From an uncultured virus (IMG/VR IMGVR_UViG_647533234_000003) (lineage: Duplodnaviria > Heunggongvirae > Uroviricota > Caudoviricetes): a DNA stretch of 64,000 nucleotides. The notes beneath the pieces were generated by a model. That model did not search any database, was not told where the DNA came from, and saw nothing but the letters and a program-made list of their open reading frames with translations. Below, in pieces: positions 19,936 to 30,003 of this stretch. The stretch's first letter is position 1, and every line of letters starts with the position of its first letter. The translations under genes were made by a program, and so were the position numbers. The stretch lies in IMG/VR virus record IMGVR_UViG_647533234_000003. The stretch is one strand, 5' to 3'.

Positions 19936-20466
19936 CTATCGGTCAATCCCGTTGTCCCTTAGGGGCTTGGGTCCCGGCGTCGCGGCGCTATCGCTCGTCG
20001 TCAGGATGCACGAGGCGCTCACGTGGACGGCAACTCCCGCTCCGGCCAGGACCGGTCGTGAGCCGAGCCGCCACACCGCTACCACGGCGCCTTCGGCCGC
20101 CACCTTCTCGACGACCGCGAGGTGCGGTCCCGACCCGGCCGGAGCCTCCACGACCGCCCCGACCACCATCGCCTGGCGCACGCCGTCCCACCTCCACACC
20201 GCCCGGCCGTCCGCGTCCGTCTTCAACACGGCCGCCAGCACCACCGTCCCCGACCGCCCGCGCGGGCCCGGAGGACCAGGCGGGCCCGGGGGCCCCGGCC
20301 GCACCAACTCCTCTCGCGCCGGTTCCGAGCCCGGCCCCGCCTCGCCGCTCCCCGGCGACCGCCGCCGCCGGTTCTCCATCCGCCGCGTCCGCCGGTCCAG
20401 GTCCCGCAGCACACCACCCAGCGGGCTCCCCACCGCCCGCCGCGCGGCCGTCCCGCGCGCGCCCAC
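19936..20466 (-). CDS. minor tail protein with short collagen-like stretch
   Basis: PGPPGPPGPPGPRG; directly after 20468 gene. Confidence 0.6.
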   Translation of the reverse strand: MGARGTAARRAVGSPLGGVLRDLDRRTRRMENRRRRSPGSGEAGPGSEPAREELVRPGPPGPPGPPGPRGRSGTVVLAAVLKTDADGRAVWRWDGVRQAMVVGAVVEAPAGSGPHLAVVEKVAAEGAVVAVWRLGSRPVLAGAGVAVHVSASCILTTSDSAATPGPKPLRDNGIDR

Positions 20467-20467
20467 C

Positions 20468-21496
20468 TCAAGCCCCCGCCGGCACGAACTGCACGCTGAC
20501 CGACTCTCCAGCCCCGCCCGTTTCCTTCACGGTCACTCCCTGGATCTTCAGTGACTGCCGGATCGTCCGGCACGTCGTCGTCGTGGCCACATCCACGCAC
20601 CACCCCGGAACGAGACTGGGCACATCCACCCCCGCGTCCGGGGCGAGCGTCGTCTGCTGCGAAGTGTCGATGAACGTCGGCGCCGGGTTCGAGCCGCGAA
20701 GCCGCGACCGCGCCGCCGCCTCCGCTGACTGATCGTCGAGGATCGACGTCTCCTCGACCACCCGCTCCAAGAGCCCGTAGTACGGGTCAAGCCCGCCCGC
20801 CGCCCCGACAACATCAGGCTCCTCGTCCTGGCCCTCGCGCCCGTGCACGACCCACCGCGTAGCCGCCGACGCCCCGTCCTCCGCGACCGACAGGCCGCTG
20901 GGGAAGTCCTCGTCCGTCAGCGACCCGACGCGCTGGCAGTGATCCTCCGGCATCAGCAGAATCCGCCGGCCGACCGCCGTGAAGTCCAAACCGGTGCGGG
21001 CGAGGTCGCGAAGATGCTCGCCGCTCTGCCCCACATCCCGCTGGTACTCCCGGTCACCGCGGATACGGGTCGGCGCCACGATCTGCACCTCGTGCCCCGG
21101 GTCATCCGGCGCGAAGGCGTCCCGGATCAGCCACTGCGCGATCGTCGTGAGGTCCGCGCCGGACCACAGGCGATCTTCGTGCGGCACGCGCCAGTCCAGC
21201 CACGTCAGGACGTCCGCCGCCTCGATCGTCACCCCGGACCGCGTCCACGTCGGCGTCAGGACTGGCCCCTCCCAGACGAGGTGCCCATCGCGGTAGATCA
21301 CCAGCCGGTGCCGCCACGCCCGCACCTGCGCGAGACGCGCGCAGCAGTCGCCGTCGGGGAGGATCGTGACCTTCGCCGAGGAGGCGTCGTCGAGGGCACG
21401 GGTCCATTCCACATCGGTGAGCACGGTCGCCTCGGTGAGGACCGCGCCACCCCGGTCCACGAGCTGGGCGGTATGCCGACCACAGCCAACGGGCAC
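20468..21496 (-). CDS. minor tail protein (Tal/Gp37-like hub)
   Basis: EWTRALDDAS, LVIYRDG.LVWEGP, YGLLE; position after Dit-like gene. Confidence 0.75.
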   Translation of the reverse strand: MPVGCGRHTAQLVDRGGAVLTEATVLTDVEWTRALDDASSAKVTILPDGDCCARLAQVRAWRHRLVIYRDGHLVWEGPVLTPTWTRSGVTIEAADVLTWLDWRVPHEDRLWSGADLTTIAQWLIRDAFAPDDPGHEVQIVAPTRIRGDREYQRDVGQSGEHLRDLARTGLDFTAVGRRILLMPEDHCQRVGSLTDEDFPSGLSVAEDGASAATRWVVHGREGQDEEPDVVGAAGGLDPYYGLLERVVEETSILDDQSAEAAARSRLRGSNPAPTFIDTSQQTTLAPDAGVDVPSLVPGWCVDVATTTTCRTIRQSLKIQGVTVKETGGAGESVSVQFVPAGA

Positions 21497-21521
21497 ATCA
21501 GACCCCTCCCACGCGCGAAGA

Positions 21522-21538
21522 GCCCGGCCCGAAACCAG
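21522..21538 (-). promoter_or_regulatory. late-gene leader motif copy 3
   Basis: CTGGTTTCGGGCCGGGC; TATCGT 10 nt upstream. Confidence 0.75.
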
Positions 21539-21600
21539 CGGCACCACGACGATACGGGGAATACGTTCCACCGTGCCGTCACCTTCGGCATGATGCCGAC

Positions 21601-22092
21601 ATGGATGCAGCAACATGGGTCGCCGCAGGCGCCGGACTGACCGGCACGGTCCTCGGCGGGGCGATATCAACCTGGTCAGCGCTCGTCACCCAGAAGCGCA
21701 CTGCCGCCTCGCTACAGGACGAGAAGAAGCGGGACCGGGCAAGGAGCGCGGCTGAAGAGATCCTGGAACAAACTGCGCTCTTCACCTTCGCTGGAGGCGA
21801 AGACCGAACTCCGACGAGACAAGCTCTCTCCCGAGTGCATCGTCTTGTCCAACACATCTCGCAAACGGAGGTGCGAATACGTATCGAGGAGGATGCGTTT
21901 TTGCTCGCCGGACGGCCTTCCGACGATCCCCGATCAACAGCGCAGCGCCTAGCTGACTACGCCATCGTGAACCGCGACATCCATGTCGTGTTGGGCGCCT
22001 ACCTGCGAGACGAACCGTGGCCCCCTCAAGCCGAGCGTATCGGGCAGATCCGTCGGCTGTACACCAACATCGGTTGGCGATCGGACAGGTGA
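21601..22092 (+). CDS. moron, N-terminal TM hypothetical protein
   Basis: Opposite strand within tail genes; lower GC. Confidence 0.65.
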   Translation: MDAATWVAAGAGLTGTVLGGAISTWSALVTQKRTAASLQDEKKRDRARSAAEEILEQTALFTFAGGEDRTPTRQALSRVHRLVQHISQTEVRIRIEEDAFLLAGRPSDDPRSTAQRLADYAIVNRDIHVVLGAYLRDEPWPPQAERIGQIRRLYTNIGWRSDR

Positions 22093-22099
22093 AGGTAGG

Positions 22100-23557
22100 T
22101 CAGTACTCCCGGCCGGAGAGCGAGATGGACAACGAGGCGTCCGCGGCGGGGGTAACGATCGCGTCGGCCTCGACGAGGACGCAGTACCGCGCGCAGTCCA
22201 GCAGCGGGAAAGCGAGCGGCAGCCCATCGCGACCGTACGCGTCCGTGCTCGTCCCGTACGCCCCCGCGCACTCCACGGTCGCCCGGCCCACCTGCCCGTC
22301 GAGAGTGAGCACGCCGCCCGCTGGTACGTACCCGATCTCGAAGACACTGTGCGGGCGGCACCGCTCCTCCTCCGCGACCTGAGCGCACGTCATGCCCTCA
22401 TGCGTGGAGCTCCGCTCGAAGAAGGAGACGGTGACCCGGCGCAGCTCCCGGCTCCCCGCGTGCACCTCGATCATCGGCACCGACCCGAACCAGCGCGGCC
22501 AGTCGCTCAAGTCCAGCTCGTACGCCTGAGAGTTCACCGCGAGTGCGCGCCGGAAGCAGGTCTCCGGCGGGGGCGGAACCGGCGGGGCGGGCGTGGTGCA
22601 CGAGGGGTCGCCGCAGACGTCCCGCTCGTCCGGGCACTCCGCGAGCCGACACGTCGCGCAGGGGCGCTCGGTCAGGCTGTCGTCCAGCCAGACGACCGAG
22701 CAGTCAACCTCGGAGCCGTCGCCCTCGGCGGCCTCGACCCTCACCGTCCCCGGCGCGCACGCCGCGTCCGTGAGCTCCAGACAGACCGGCTCGGGCGCCA
22801 GCGGCTCGTCCTTCGGATGCACGCACCACACGACGCACTCCGACCCGTCGTCGGTCGGCACCTCCACGTCCAGCACCCGCACTGGATCGGTCCACGCCCA
22901 CGGCGTACCGGCAGTGAGGACGAACTCGACCTGGAGCATGTCCGCTCCGACGGAGCAGCCGCCGGAGCCGGAGCAGCCCCCGCCACCGTGCCGCGCCGTC
23001 ACGGTGGGCCCCGAGACGAGCGCGACGCGCCGCAGCGTCCGCCGATGCCGGGCCGCGAACTCCTCCGGATCGGCAGCCTCCCCGCTCGGGCAGCAGTTGA
23101 ACAGGCTGAGGCAGTCCCCGCCGCACCCCGGGCCCGTACACCCCTCCAGGGCGCGCCCGAGCCAGCGCAGCCCGTACTCCACCCCGCAGCACGAGGAGCC
23201 CAGGAGGACGCCGCTGACCGTGAGGGTGCGGGCCCCGACGTTGGCCGGGCCGAGCGCGGCGCCCCCGGTCACCGCTGCCGAAACGGAGCGGCTGACGGGG
23301 GAGTCGTCGATGCCCTTCACGTCCAGGACCAGGAGCCCGGCGAAGTCGGCGGACTCCGGGACGTCCGGGTCCCACCACGGCGCCGCGTCCTCCTCGGGCG
23401 TGGTGTACGGCTCATCGCCCACCAGGGCCGCGTCGAAGGTCTCGCAGCCGCACGGAGATGCCTCGGTGAGCGGACTTCCCACTGTCTCCAAGTAGCGGGA
23501 GAGCCGCGCGTGGTTGGCGATTTCGGTCCCGCTCAGGGTCAGGTACCACTCCAGCAC
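22100..23557 (-). CDS. distal tail (Dit-like) protein, Cys-rich
   Basis: First structural gene after tape measure; ARTLTVSG, VEFVLTAGTPWAW. Confidence 0.7.
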   Translation of the reverse strand: MLEWYLTLSGTEIANHARLSRYLETVGSPLTEASPCGCETFDAALVGDEPYTTPEEDAAPWWDPDVPESADFAGLLVLDVKGIDDSPVSRSVSAAVTGGAALGPANVGARTLTVSGVLLGSSCCGVEYGLRWLGRALEGCTGPGCGGDCLSLFNCCPSGEAADPEEFAARHRRTLRRVALVSGPTVTARHGGGGCSGSGGCSVGADMLQVEFVLTAGTPWAWTDPVRVLDVEVPTDDGSECVVWCVHPKDEPLAPEPVCLELTDAACAPGTVRVEAAEGDGSEVDCSVVWLDDSLTERPCATCRLAECPDERDVCGDPSCTTPAPPVPPPPETCFRRALAVNSQAYELDLSDWPRWFGSVPMIEVHAGSRELRRVTVSFFERSSTHEGMTCAQVAEEERCRPHSVFEIGYVPAGGVLTLDGQVGRATVECAGAYGTSTDAYGRDGLPLAFPLLDCARYCVLVEADAIVTPAADASLSISLSGREY

Positions 23558-23583
23558 GGACGCGCGCCCTTCTCATGCGAAGA

Positions 23584-23600
23584 GCCCGGCCCGGAACCAG
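23584..23600 (-). promoter_or_regulatory. late-gene leader motif copy 4
   Basis: CTGGTTCCGGGCCGGGC; TACCCT 11 nt upstream. Confidence 0.75.
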
Positions 23601-24000
23601 CGGCGTGGTCAAGGGTAGGCCGAAGGGTGCGCGACCAGCCGCACGCATCCGGCATGCGCGGTGACCCAGATCACAACCCTCGATGGTTGTTTAGCAAGTT
23701 TGCTTGCGCTCGGCGGGCAACTGTGCATTCAGGCATTTGCCCAGCTATAAGGCCGTCGCGAACCTGACGGCCCGTCGGTTACGTCACGCCGAACACGATT
23801 GGGAGAGGCGTGGACCACGCAGTGTCCACCTTCACACCGCGCTCGAAGTAGTTGCGCTAGGGGGTCCCGCGGTGGGCGAATTAGGTGACGCCCAGTCAGG
23901 GCACCCCAGCGTCCACGCAGCAGCTGCATAAAGCTGCGGCCCCCTGCCACGAACAAGGGGCCGCTGGGTATGACTCTTCGAACGGAAAGGTAATACCGCC

Positions 24001-24345
24001 ATGCCTCACGGTACCGGCAGACAGCCAGACCGCAAGACCGGCACAGGGGAGACCCACCTCACGCGGGCCCTGCACCGCCTCACGCGCGCCGCGTCCAGTG
24101 CCGCGACCGCCGTGTGCCGCCTCATACGCATCGCGTCCCGCGCCGCGACCATCCTGGCCATCCGCATCATGCTCAGGCCGCGCCGCTACCTCGCCACCGC
24201 CTGCGGCGCGACGGCCACCCTCGCCCTCGGCGTCGGTCTCTTCTCCGGGGCCGTGAGCGCCGAGAGGACGACTGCCCTGGCCACAGCCGTCGCGGCTGGC
24301 GCGGCCATCACCAGCAGGGGCGGCCCCGGGCCCGACCGACGCTGA
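24001..24345 (+). CDS. possible small membrane protein (moron)
   Basis: AAGG RBS, ATG, hydrophobic C-half. Confidence 0.45.
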   Translation: MPHGTGRQPDRKTGTGETHLTRALHRLTRAASSAATAVCRLIRIASRAATILAIRIMLRPRRYLATACGATATLALGVGLFSGAVSAERTTALATAVAAGAAITSRGGPGPDRR

Positions 24346-24389
24346 CCCCACGCGGTGGCCCCGCCCGCAGGGCGGGCCCCGGCCGCCGG

Positions 24390-27300
24390 TCAGATCCCGG
24401 CCGACAAGGCGAGACGGTCGATCACTCGGTGAGCCGTCGTCTCGGCGGACCCGACCTCGTGCAGGTTCCACGTGTGGTGATGCACCGAGCGAGGCCCGAC
24501 AGGCGCCGGAGCGGGCCCGGCGTCCGCGCCGATCACCTGGAGCAGCCCGGAGTGCTCGACGAGCTGCCGCGCGCGCTGCGGGCGGGTCAAGGGGATGATG
24601 ACCTCACGCCCTGCCTCGCCTACGAGCGCCGGTGTCGGGCCGTCCACGATGCCGCCGTTCGCGAAGGGCAGCAGCTTCCGTACCGGGCCGGGCAAGCCGT
24701 TCTTGATCTTGCCGATGATCCGGCCGCCGATGTCCCCGATACTCGCCACGATCCGCCCTCCCAGCCCCGAGAACATCGAAACGACACCGCTGATCAGGCT
24801 GCTCACCGCGGACCGTGCAGAACCGGCGGCCGAGCGGAACACGCCCGCGATGCGACCGGGCAACGAGGCGAGCGCGCTGCCGATCCGGCCAGGCAGCGAC
24901 GCGAAGAACGAAACGGCACTCGACCCGAACGAGCGGGCCGTGGAGAGCGCGGAGGTGCCAGCCGACCGGAAGGCCCCGAGCACGGCACTTCCCAGGCTGG
25001 ACAAGGCGCCCGCGATCCGTCCGGGCAGGGTGGCGAAGAAGGAGACGGCGCCCGAGGTGAACGAACTGATCGCTGCCGTGGTCGTGCTGAACCCCGAGAC
25101 GAAGGCGGAGACGAGGAGGGCCCCGAGGCTCACCAGCGCGTTTGCGATCATGCCGGGCAACTGGAAGAAAAGCCCGACGATCCCGGCGAGGGCGGTGAGC
25201 ACGACGATGCCCAGTCCCGCCACCGCGTTCACGAACAGGTCGACCAGCAGGCCCGGGAGCGCGGCGAGCCCGGCGAGGATCTGGCCCGGCAGAGCAGTGA
25301 AGAAGGTGACCAGCCCGCTCGCCCCGGCCTGGATCGCGGCGACGCCAGCCTGCCAGGCGCCCACGAAGAGCTCGGCGATCATCGAGCCGAACGCAGTCAG
25401 GCCGGCGAGGATCATGCCGGGCAGGCCCACGATGAAGCCGACGACCGCCGAAAGCCCGGTGATCAGGCCGGATGCAGCGGTGACGATTCCGCTGATGATC
25501 GGTACGACCGCGCTGATCGCCAGCCAGGACGCGAAGGCGACCGCGACTTGTAGCACGAGCCCTGCGACCTTCACCAGTAAGACCGCGATCGGCGACAGCG
25601 CGACGACCAGTTCGGCCATTGCGGGGAGCAGCGGCACGATGGCCTGCTGCATCGCCGCGAACGCCTCGACGAGCTGCGGAACCATCGGTACGAGCGCGCC
25701 GGAGATCGACGCGACGACGGGAGCGAGGGCACCGGCGAGCTGCGCTAGTGACCCCGCCACAGACCCGAGGACGGGGGCAAGCCAGTTGAACAGGCCCCCG
25801 AGCGTGCCGCCGCCCGCGAGCAACGGAGCGACCGCTTGCCATAGCGTCTCGAACGCGCCAGAGATCTGCGGCAAAATGGGCAACAATGCGCCGGATAGTG
25901 CCGAAATGATCGGCTCGAAGAGCTGAGCGAGACTCCCGAGGACGGGAGCGAGAGCCTCGCCCAGGACGCCGACCAGTTGCCCGGCGAGAGGCAGTAACGG
26001 CGCGAGCGCTCCGAGCGCGGCAGCGACCGCGCTACCCAGAGGTGCGAGCGCGGGCCCCAGCGCGCCCAGCCCGTCGGCGAGCGCCCGCGCGACGGGCATG
26101 AGCCCTCCGGCGAGGCTTGCCACGATCTCGGCGACGAGCGGCAGCAGCGGCCCCAGTGACGACAGCAGGGTGGCCACCGCCTGCCCCGCACCACCGAGCG
26201 CCGGCCCCAACCCCTCGAAGGCCGAGGCCAGCCCTTCCGCGACGCCCGTCAGTGCGGGCGCGATCGCAGCGAGCGCGGGGCCCAGCGCCTGGACCAGCCC
26301 GACCAAGGCGGGGCCCAATGCGGTGAAGACCGGGGCGAGGGCTGGGGCGATGGCCCCGAGCTGCGTGACCAGCGCACCGATGATCGGGCCGAGTTGCGCG
26401 CCGATCGTGGCGACCGTGCGGAAGACGCTGCCGAGCGCTTCCTGCCCGGCGGCGCTGTTGACGAACTCGCGCGCGCCGGCCGTCAGATCAGCGAACCGGG
26501 CGAGGAGGCCCGCCCCGGCACCCTCCGCAGAGCGGAAGGCGCCGGCGATGATGCTCCCGATGTTCGAGGCGATCGCGCCGAGCTGCTGGAAGACGCCGAG
26601 CGCATCGCGCACCCCGTCCACGGCCCGCCCCGAGGCCGCGAGCGTTGAGAGCCAGGTGCCGAAGTCGGCACCGGTCTGCGCGATGCGCGCGCCCGCCGCA
26701 GGCCCAAACGCCTGGAGGACCGCCCCCGCGATGTCGAGGAAGCCCTTCGTCAGCGGGGCGATGGCGGTGGACAGTCCGGAGGCGGCGGCGCGGGTGCCCT
26801 CCAGGATCGTCCGCAGCGGCGCGAGAGCCTGCTGCGACCCCGCGAACTTCAGCCCCTCACTGGCCGCCCGCCCGAACTCGCCTGCCAGGCCAGAGAGTTG
26901 AACCCGAAGCGGGAGAAGGTTCTTGAGCGCCCCGGAGATGTCGCCCGCGAACTGCTTGAAGAAGCTCTGCTGGACCGCCTGCTGGACGGCCGACAGCTCC
27001 GGCCGCAGCGCGCGAACCGACTCGACGGCCGACCGCGCGGCCGGCGCCAGCTTCTCCAGCGCCTCCGCGTACTTCCCGGCATCGTCCCCGAACGCGGCCG
27101 ACAGCGCCTCGCCGACCCCGAGCGTCGCGAGACGAAGTGTCTGGAGCGTGGCCTGTAGGCCGAGGACAGCGGCCGGGAGCGCCGCGACGATCCCTGCGGC
27201 TGGTGCGAGAGCGGCGAGGAAGGCCCCGATCCCGGAGGCCGCAGAGGCCGCCGAGATCCCGACCGCCCCGAAGATCAGCAGCCCCTTGAGCGCCCCCGCG

Positions 27301-27794
27301 AGCTTCCCCGCCATCCCCGTGACGGCGCCCATCGCCCGCCCGAGCCCCTGGCCGAGAACGGACGAAAACCGAGAGAGGACCGACCGGTCCAGATCCGGCT
27401 CGACACGAACATCAAGCGCGGGCGGACGGTGCGCGCGGACCCGAGCATCGAAGCCCGAGAAGTCCGGGACGACGCGGACGGAGACTTCCAGCCCGCGCAG
27501 CCCCCGGAGCAGGGCCGCGTCGAAGCCCCGCAGGTCGGGCTCGACGGGCACCTCGATCGCGGCGAAGCGCCCCCGCAGCCCGCGCACCAAGGCCGGGTTG
27601 AACCCGCGCAGGTCCGGCTCGACCTGGACCTGGACCCGGATGTCGGACAGTGCCGCGCGCAGGTCCCGCTCGAAGCCGCGCAGCCCTCGGCGCAGCGCCG
27701 CTCTGATCCGGACGCCGAGCGCGCGTGCCTCCTCGGGCACGCCCGAGTCATCCAGCTCGATCCGGATACGTGCAGAGGCGTCGTCGTCGGCCAC
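24390..27794 (-). CDS. tape measure protein
   Basis: 1134 aa, Ala/Leu/Gly amphipathic repeats; C-terminal FANGGIVDGPT.ALVGEAGREVIIPL. Confidence 0.92.
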   Translation of the reverse strand: MADDDASARIRIELDDSGVPEEARALGVRIRAALRRGLRGFERDLRAALSDIRVQVQVEPDLRGFNPALVRGLRGRFAAIEVPVEPDLRGFDAALLRGLRGLEVSVRVVPDFSGFDARVRAHRPPALDVRVEPDLDRSVLSRFSSVLGQGLGRAMGAVTGMAGKLAGALKGLLIFGAVGISAASAASGIGAFLAALAPAAGIVAALPAAVLGLQATLQTLRLATLGVGEALSAAFGDDAGKYAEALEKLAPAARSAVESVRALRPELSAVQQAVQQSFFKQFAGDISGALKNLLPLRVQLSGLAGEFGRAASEGLKFAGSQQALAPLRTILEGTRAAASGLSTAIAPLTKGFLDIAGAVLQAFGPAAGARIAQTGADFGTWLSTLAASGRAVDGVRDALGVFQQLGAIASNIGSIIAGAFRSAEGAGAGLLARFADLTAGAREFVNSAAGQEALGSVFRTVATIGAQLGPIIGALVTQLGAIAPALAPVFTALGPALVGLVQALGPALAAIAPALTGVAEGLASAFEGLGPALGGAGQAVATLLSSLGPLLPLVAEIVASLAGGLMPVARALADGLGALGPALAPLGSAVAAALGALAPLLPLAGQLVGVLGEALAPVLGSLAQLFEPIISALSGALLPILPQISGAFETLWQAVAPLLAGGGTLGGLFNWLAPVLGSVAGSLAQLAGALAPVVASISGALVPMVPQLVEAFAAMQQAIVPLLPAMAELVVALSPIAVLLVKVAGLVLQVAVAFASWLAISAVVPIISGIVTAASGLITGLSAVVGFIVGLPGMILAGLTAFGSMIAELFVGAWQAGVAAIQAGASGLVTFFTALPGQILAGLAALPGLLVDLFVNAVAGLGIVVLTALAGIVGLFFQLPGMIANALVSLGALLVSAFVSGFSTTTAAISSFTSGAVSFFATLPGRIAGALSSLGSAVLGAFRSAGTSALSTARSFGSSAVSFFASLPGRIGSALASLPGRIAGVFRSAAGSARSAVSSLISGVVSMFSGLGGRIVASIGDIGGRIIGKIKNGLPGPVRKLLPFANGGIVDGPTPALVGEAGREVIIPLTRPQRARQLVEHSGLLQVIGADAGPAPAPVGPRSVHHHTWNLHEVGSAETTAHRVIDRLALSAGI

Positions 27795-27823
27795 GGGGCA
27801 CCGGCCTCACCAGGAGAGGTGGT

Positions 27824-27840
27824 GCCCGGCCCGAAACCAG
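27824..27840 (-). promoter_or_regulatory. late-gene leader motif copy 5
   Basis: CTGGTTTCGGGCCGGGC, 30 nt upstream of TMP start. Confidence 0.75.
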
Positions 27841-27874
27841 ACGGCGCCCCAGCTTTCGGCCAGGGGATTTCAGA

Positions 27875-28533
27875 CTAGCGGGAGCCCTGCCGCATCCCAG
27901 AGACCTGCTCGTCCTCGGCGGCGAGCTGCGCCAGCAACGCAGCCGTCGAAGCTCCGGCGGCCCCGGCAGGCGCGGCGGCGGCCCGGCGCCGCCCCCCGCG
28001 CTCTCCACGAGGCGGCGCGTACAACACGGTACGGATACGGGCCCGCTCCGCGTCGTCCTCGGCCGCCGCGTACATCGACGCCTCCGCAGCGCTCAGGAGG
28101 CGCGCGAGCGTCCACGAGCGGGGGTCGATCCCTTGGAGCGCGAGGGCGCCGTCCCACTCGTCCCACCCCTCCGCGATGCTCGCGACGAGTCGGTCGACGA
28201 CGTAGGAGGGCGCCCGCCCCCGTACAGGTCACCGACCCACTCCACCAGTTCGAGCAGGACCCGCATGGGCAGCCTCATGCTGGCGAACCGCTCAGCGGAC
28301 TCCGGCAACATCAACTTCGCGAGAAAGGCACGCGTCGCAGCGGTGACGTCACGGGCCTGCGCCGCGTCCATGTCGTCATCGCCGGCCGCGCGACGCGCGT
28401 CCAGGATCTCCTGGTAGGCATCGAGGTAGTCGTCCCCGTCGACCTCGGGTACGAAGGCCAGCTCGTCATCGCCGATCTCAGCGATGTGCGGCTCGGTACG
28501 CAACGCGAAGTTCTTGCTCGCCACGGCGGGCAC
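27875..28533 (-). CDS. tail assembly chaperone pair: G (28093-28533) and -1 frameshifted GT extension to 27875
   Basis: Directly upstream of TMP; G ends RPPT plus Ser-rich tail; -1 frame open from ~28220 (PSYVVDRL...WDEWDG...). Confidence 0.75.
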
Positions 28534-28549
28534 CCTTCTTGCGGATTGT

Positions 28550-28566
28550 GCCCGGCCCGAAACCAG
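28550..28566 (-). promoter_or_regulatory. late-gene leader motif copy 6
   Basis: CTGGTTTCGGGCCGGGC; TACCCT 11 nt upstream. Confidence 0.75.
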
Positions 28567-28680
28567 ACGGCCCCGTCAGGGTAACTCCACAACCTGTTCC
28601 GCTTCCCGCTGAACCAGGCCCCCTGCACAGCGGTTACTCCTGCCAGAGGTCGGCGTGGATGGAACACTCGCGTCAGCGCC

Positions 28681-29622
28681 ATGGGAGAGGATGTGGAAGC
28701 AGCGATGAGACGGATCGTCTTTTCGCCCATGAGGCGGCATAGGAATGCTTCTTTGGATGCCAGGATTGAATCCATCCGAGGCGATTTGGGCATTCTTGGA
28801 TACTCGTGGATTACTTCCCTTCCCTTGCATATATGCGTGGCATTGCGCGAATCCAGCAAGTGGACGGGTCGGGCGCTTATTCACTGGATGGGTGGTTTTT
28901 GGTTTCTCTGGACGGTGGGATCGATTGCGGCGGAAAGGTTAATGGAGGGTTCTATGCCTCGTCTGGGGGCTGCCCAAACCGTTCTGTTTTTCGCCGCACT
29001 CTATGCGTACATCCTGACTCTTTTTGCCCCTGCGCAGGCGCGGCGCTATCGGCTAGTAGAAGCCTGCGTAAGGGCCATTGAGGCTTGCGCTGCGGCTCAC
29101 GGGAGGGGGAATCTGCAACATGCGGGGTTGAACATGGTCTCGACGCGCGTGAGCGCAGTTGAGCAGGCCATTTTCCGTGCGCCGCGCGCGTTGGGACTGG
29201 TTGGGCCTACGCGCCGTTCGCGACGTGACGTGCTCAGGCAGCACGCCAACGCCGTGGTTCTCGCTCTGCGAGCGAGCGAGGAGGGGCTCGATGGCCGACG
29301 CAAAGACGCCTGTCTAGGGGAGCTGGCGGGCCTGCTACTCCAGATCGCCTCCAGTGCCGCTGCCGGTCGGATCGGCGAACTCCTCCCTGAGAGCGCTACC
29401 GTCGCCTACGAGGGTATGCGCGTTTCCGATTGGGCGCCGCTGCGAACCGTCTGTGTAGCAGCGGCAGTCATCGCTACGGCCCTGGGAGTAACACTTCTTG
29501 GTCTTGAGGCGCCCATTGCCGAACTCGTTATCACGTGCGTCTTTGCCGTAGCGTCGCTTCTGGCGTTCGGCCGCAACTGGCAGCGCATGACTCACCTGCT
29601 CGATCTGTTTCGACCAACCTGA
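28681..29622 (+). CDS. low-GC moron, multi-TM membrane protein
   Basis: Antisense to structural genes; N- and C-terminal TM pairs; TTA codon. Confidence 0.7.
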   Translation: MGEDVEAAMRRIVFSPMRRHRNASLDARIESIRGDLGILGYSWITSLPLHICVALRESSKWTGRALIHWMGGFWFLWTVGSIAAERLMEGSMPRLGAAQTVLFFAALYAYILTLFAPAQARRYRLVEACVRAIEACAAAHGRGNLQHAGLNMVSTRVSAVEQAIFRAPRALGLVGPTRRSRRDVLRQHANAVVLALRASEEGLDGRRKDACLGELAGLLLQIASSAAAGRIGELLPESATVAYEGMRVSDWAPLRTVCVAAAVIATALGVTLLGLEAPIAELVITCVFAVASLLAFGRNWQRMTHLLDLFRPT

Positions 29623-29634
29623 CAAGCGCTCGAT

Positions 29635-30003
29635 TCAGAGACCTTCTCGCAATGCTCGCGAAAGGAAATCATTCGCCCGCGTCCCCGGATGATGGACGAC
29701 CGCTGCGAAGACCGTGCGCCCTCCGGCCTGGAACCGCAGCGCGCGCGCCCTGCGGGGACGGATGATGTGCGGCGCCGTGCCATGAAGGACGTACCGGCTG
29801 GCCGGGTGTGTGCTCGTGATGATCGCTTCCATGCCTCGACCACGCCCCTCGACCCGCATCGTGATGCCCCGCGCCATGCTGCCCGGCGCGTACGCGCGCG
29901 CCAAGTCCGCGACGCGCTCGGCGCGACGCCGCAACGTCTGCTCGCCGACGCCGCCGAGCAGCCTCTCCGCGAAGCGCGGCCCGATCGACACCTCGACCTT
30001 CAC
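29635..30003 (-). CDS. neck/tail-completion protein (HK97 gp10-like)
   Basis: YVLHGT.PHIIRPRRARALRF...VHHPGTRANDFL. Confidence 0.75.
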   Translation of the reverse strand: MKVEVSIGPRFAERLLGGVGEQTLRRRAERVADLARAYAPGSMARGITMRVEGRGRGMEAIITSTHPASRYVLHGTAPHIIRPRRARALRFQAGGRTVFAAVVHHPGTRANDFLSRALREGL

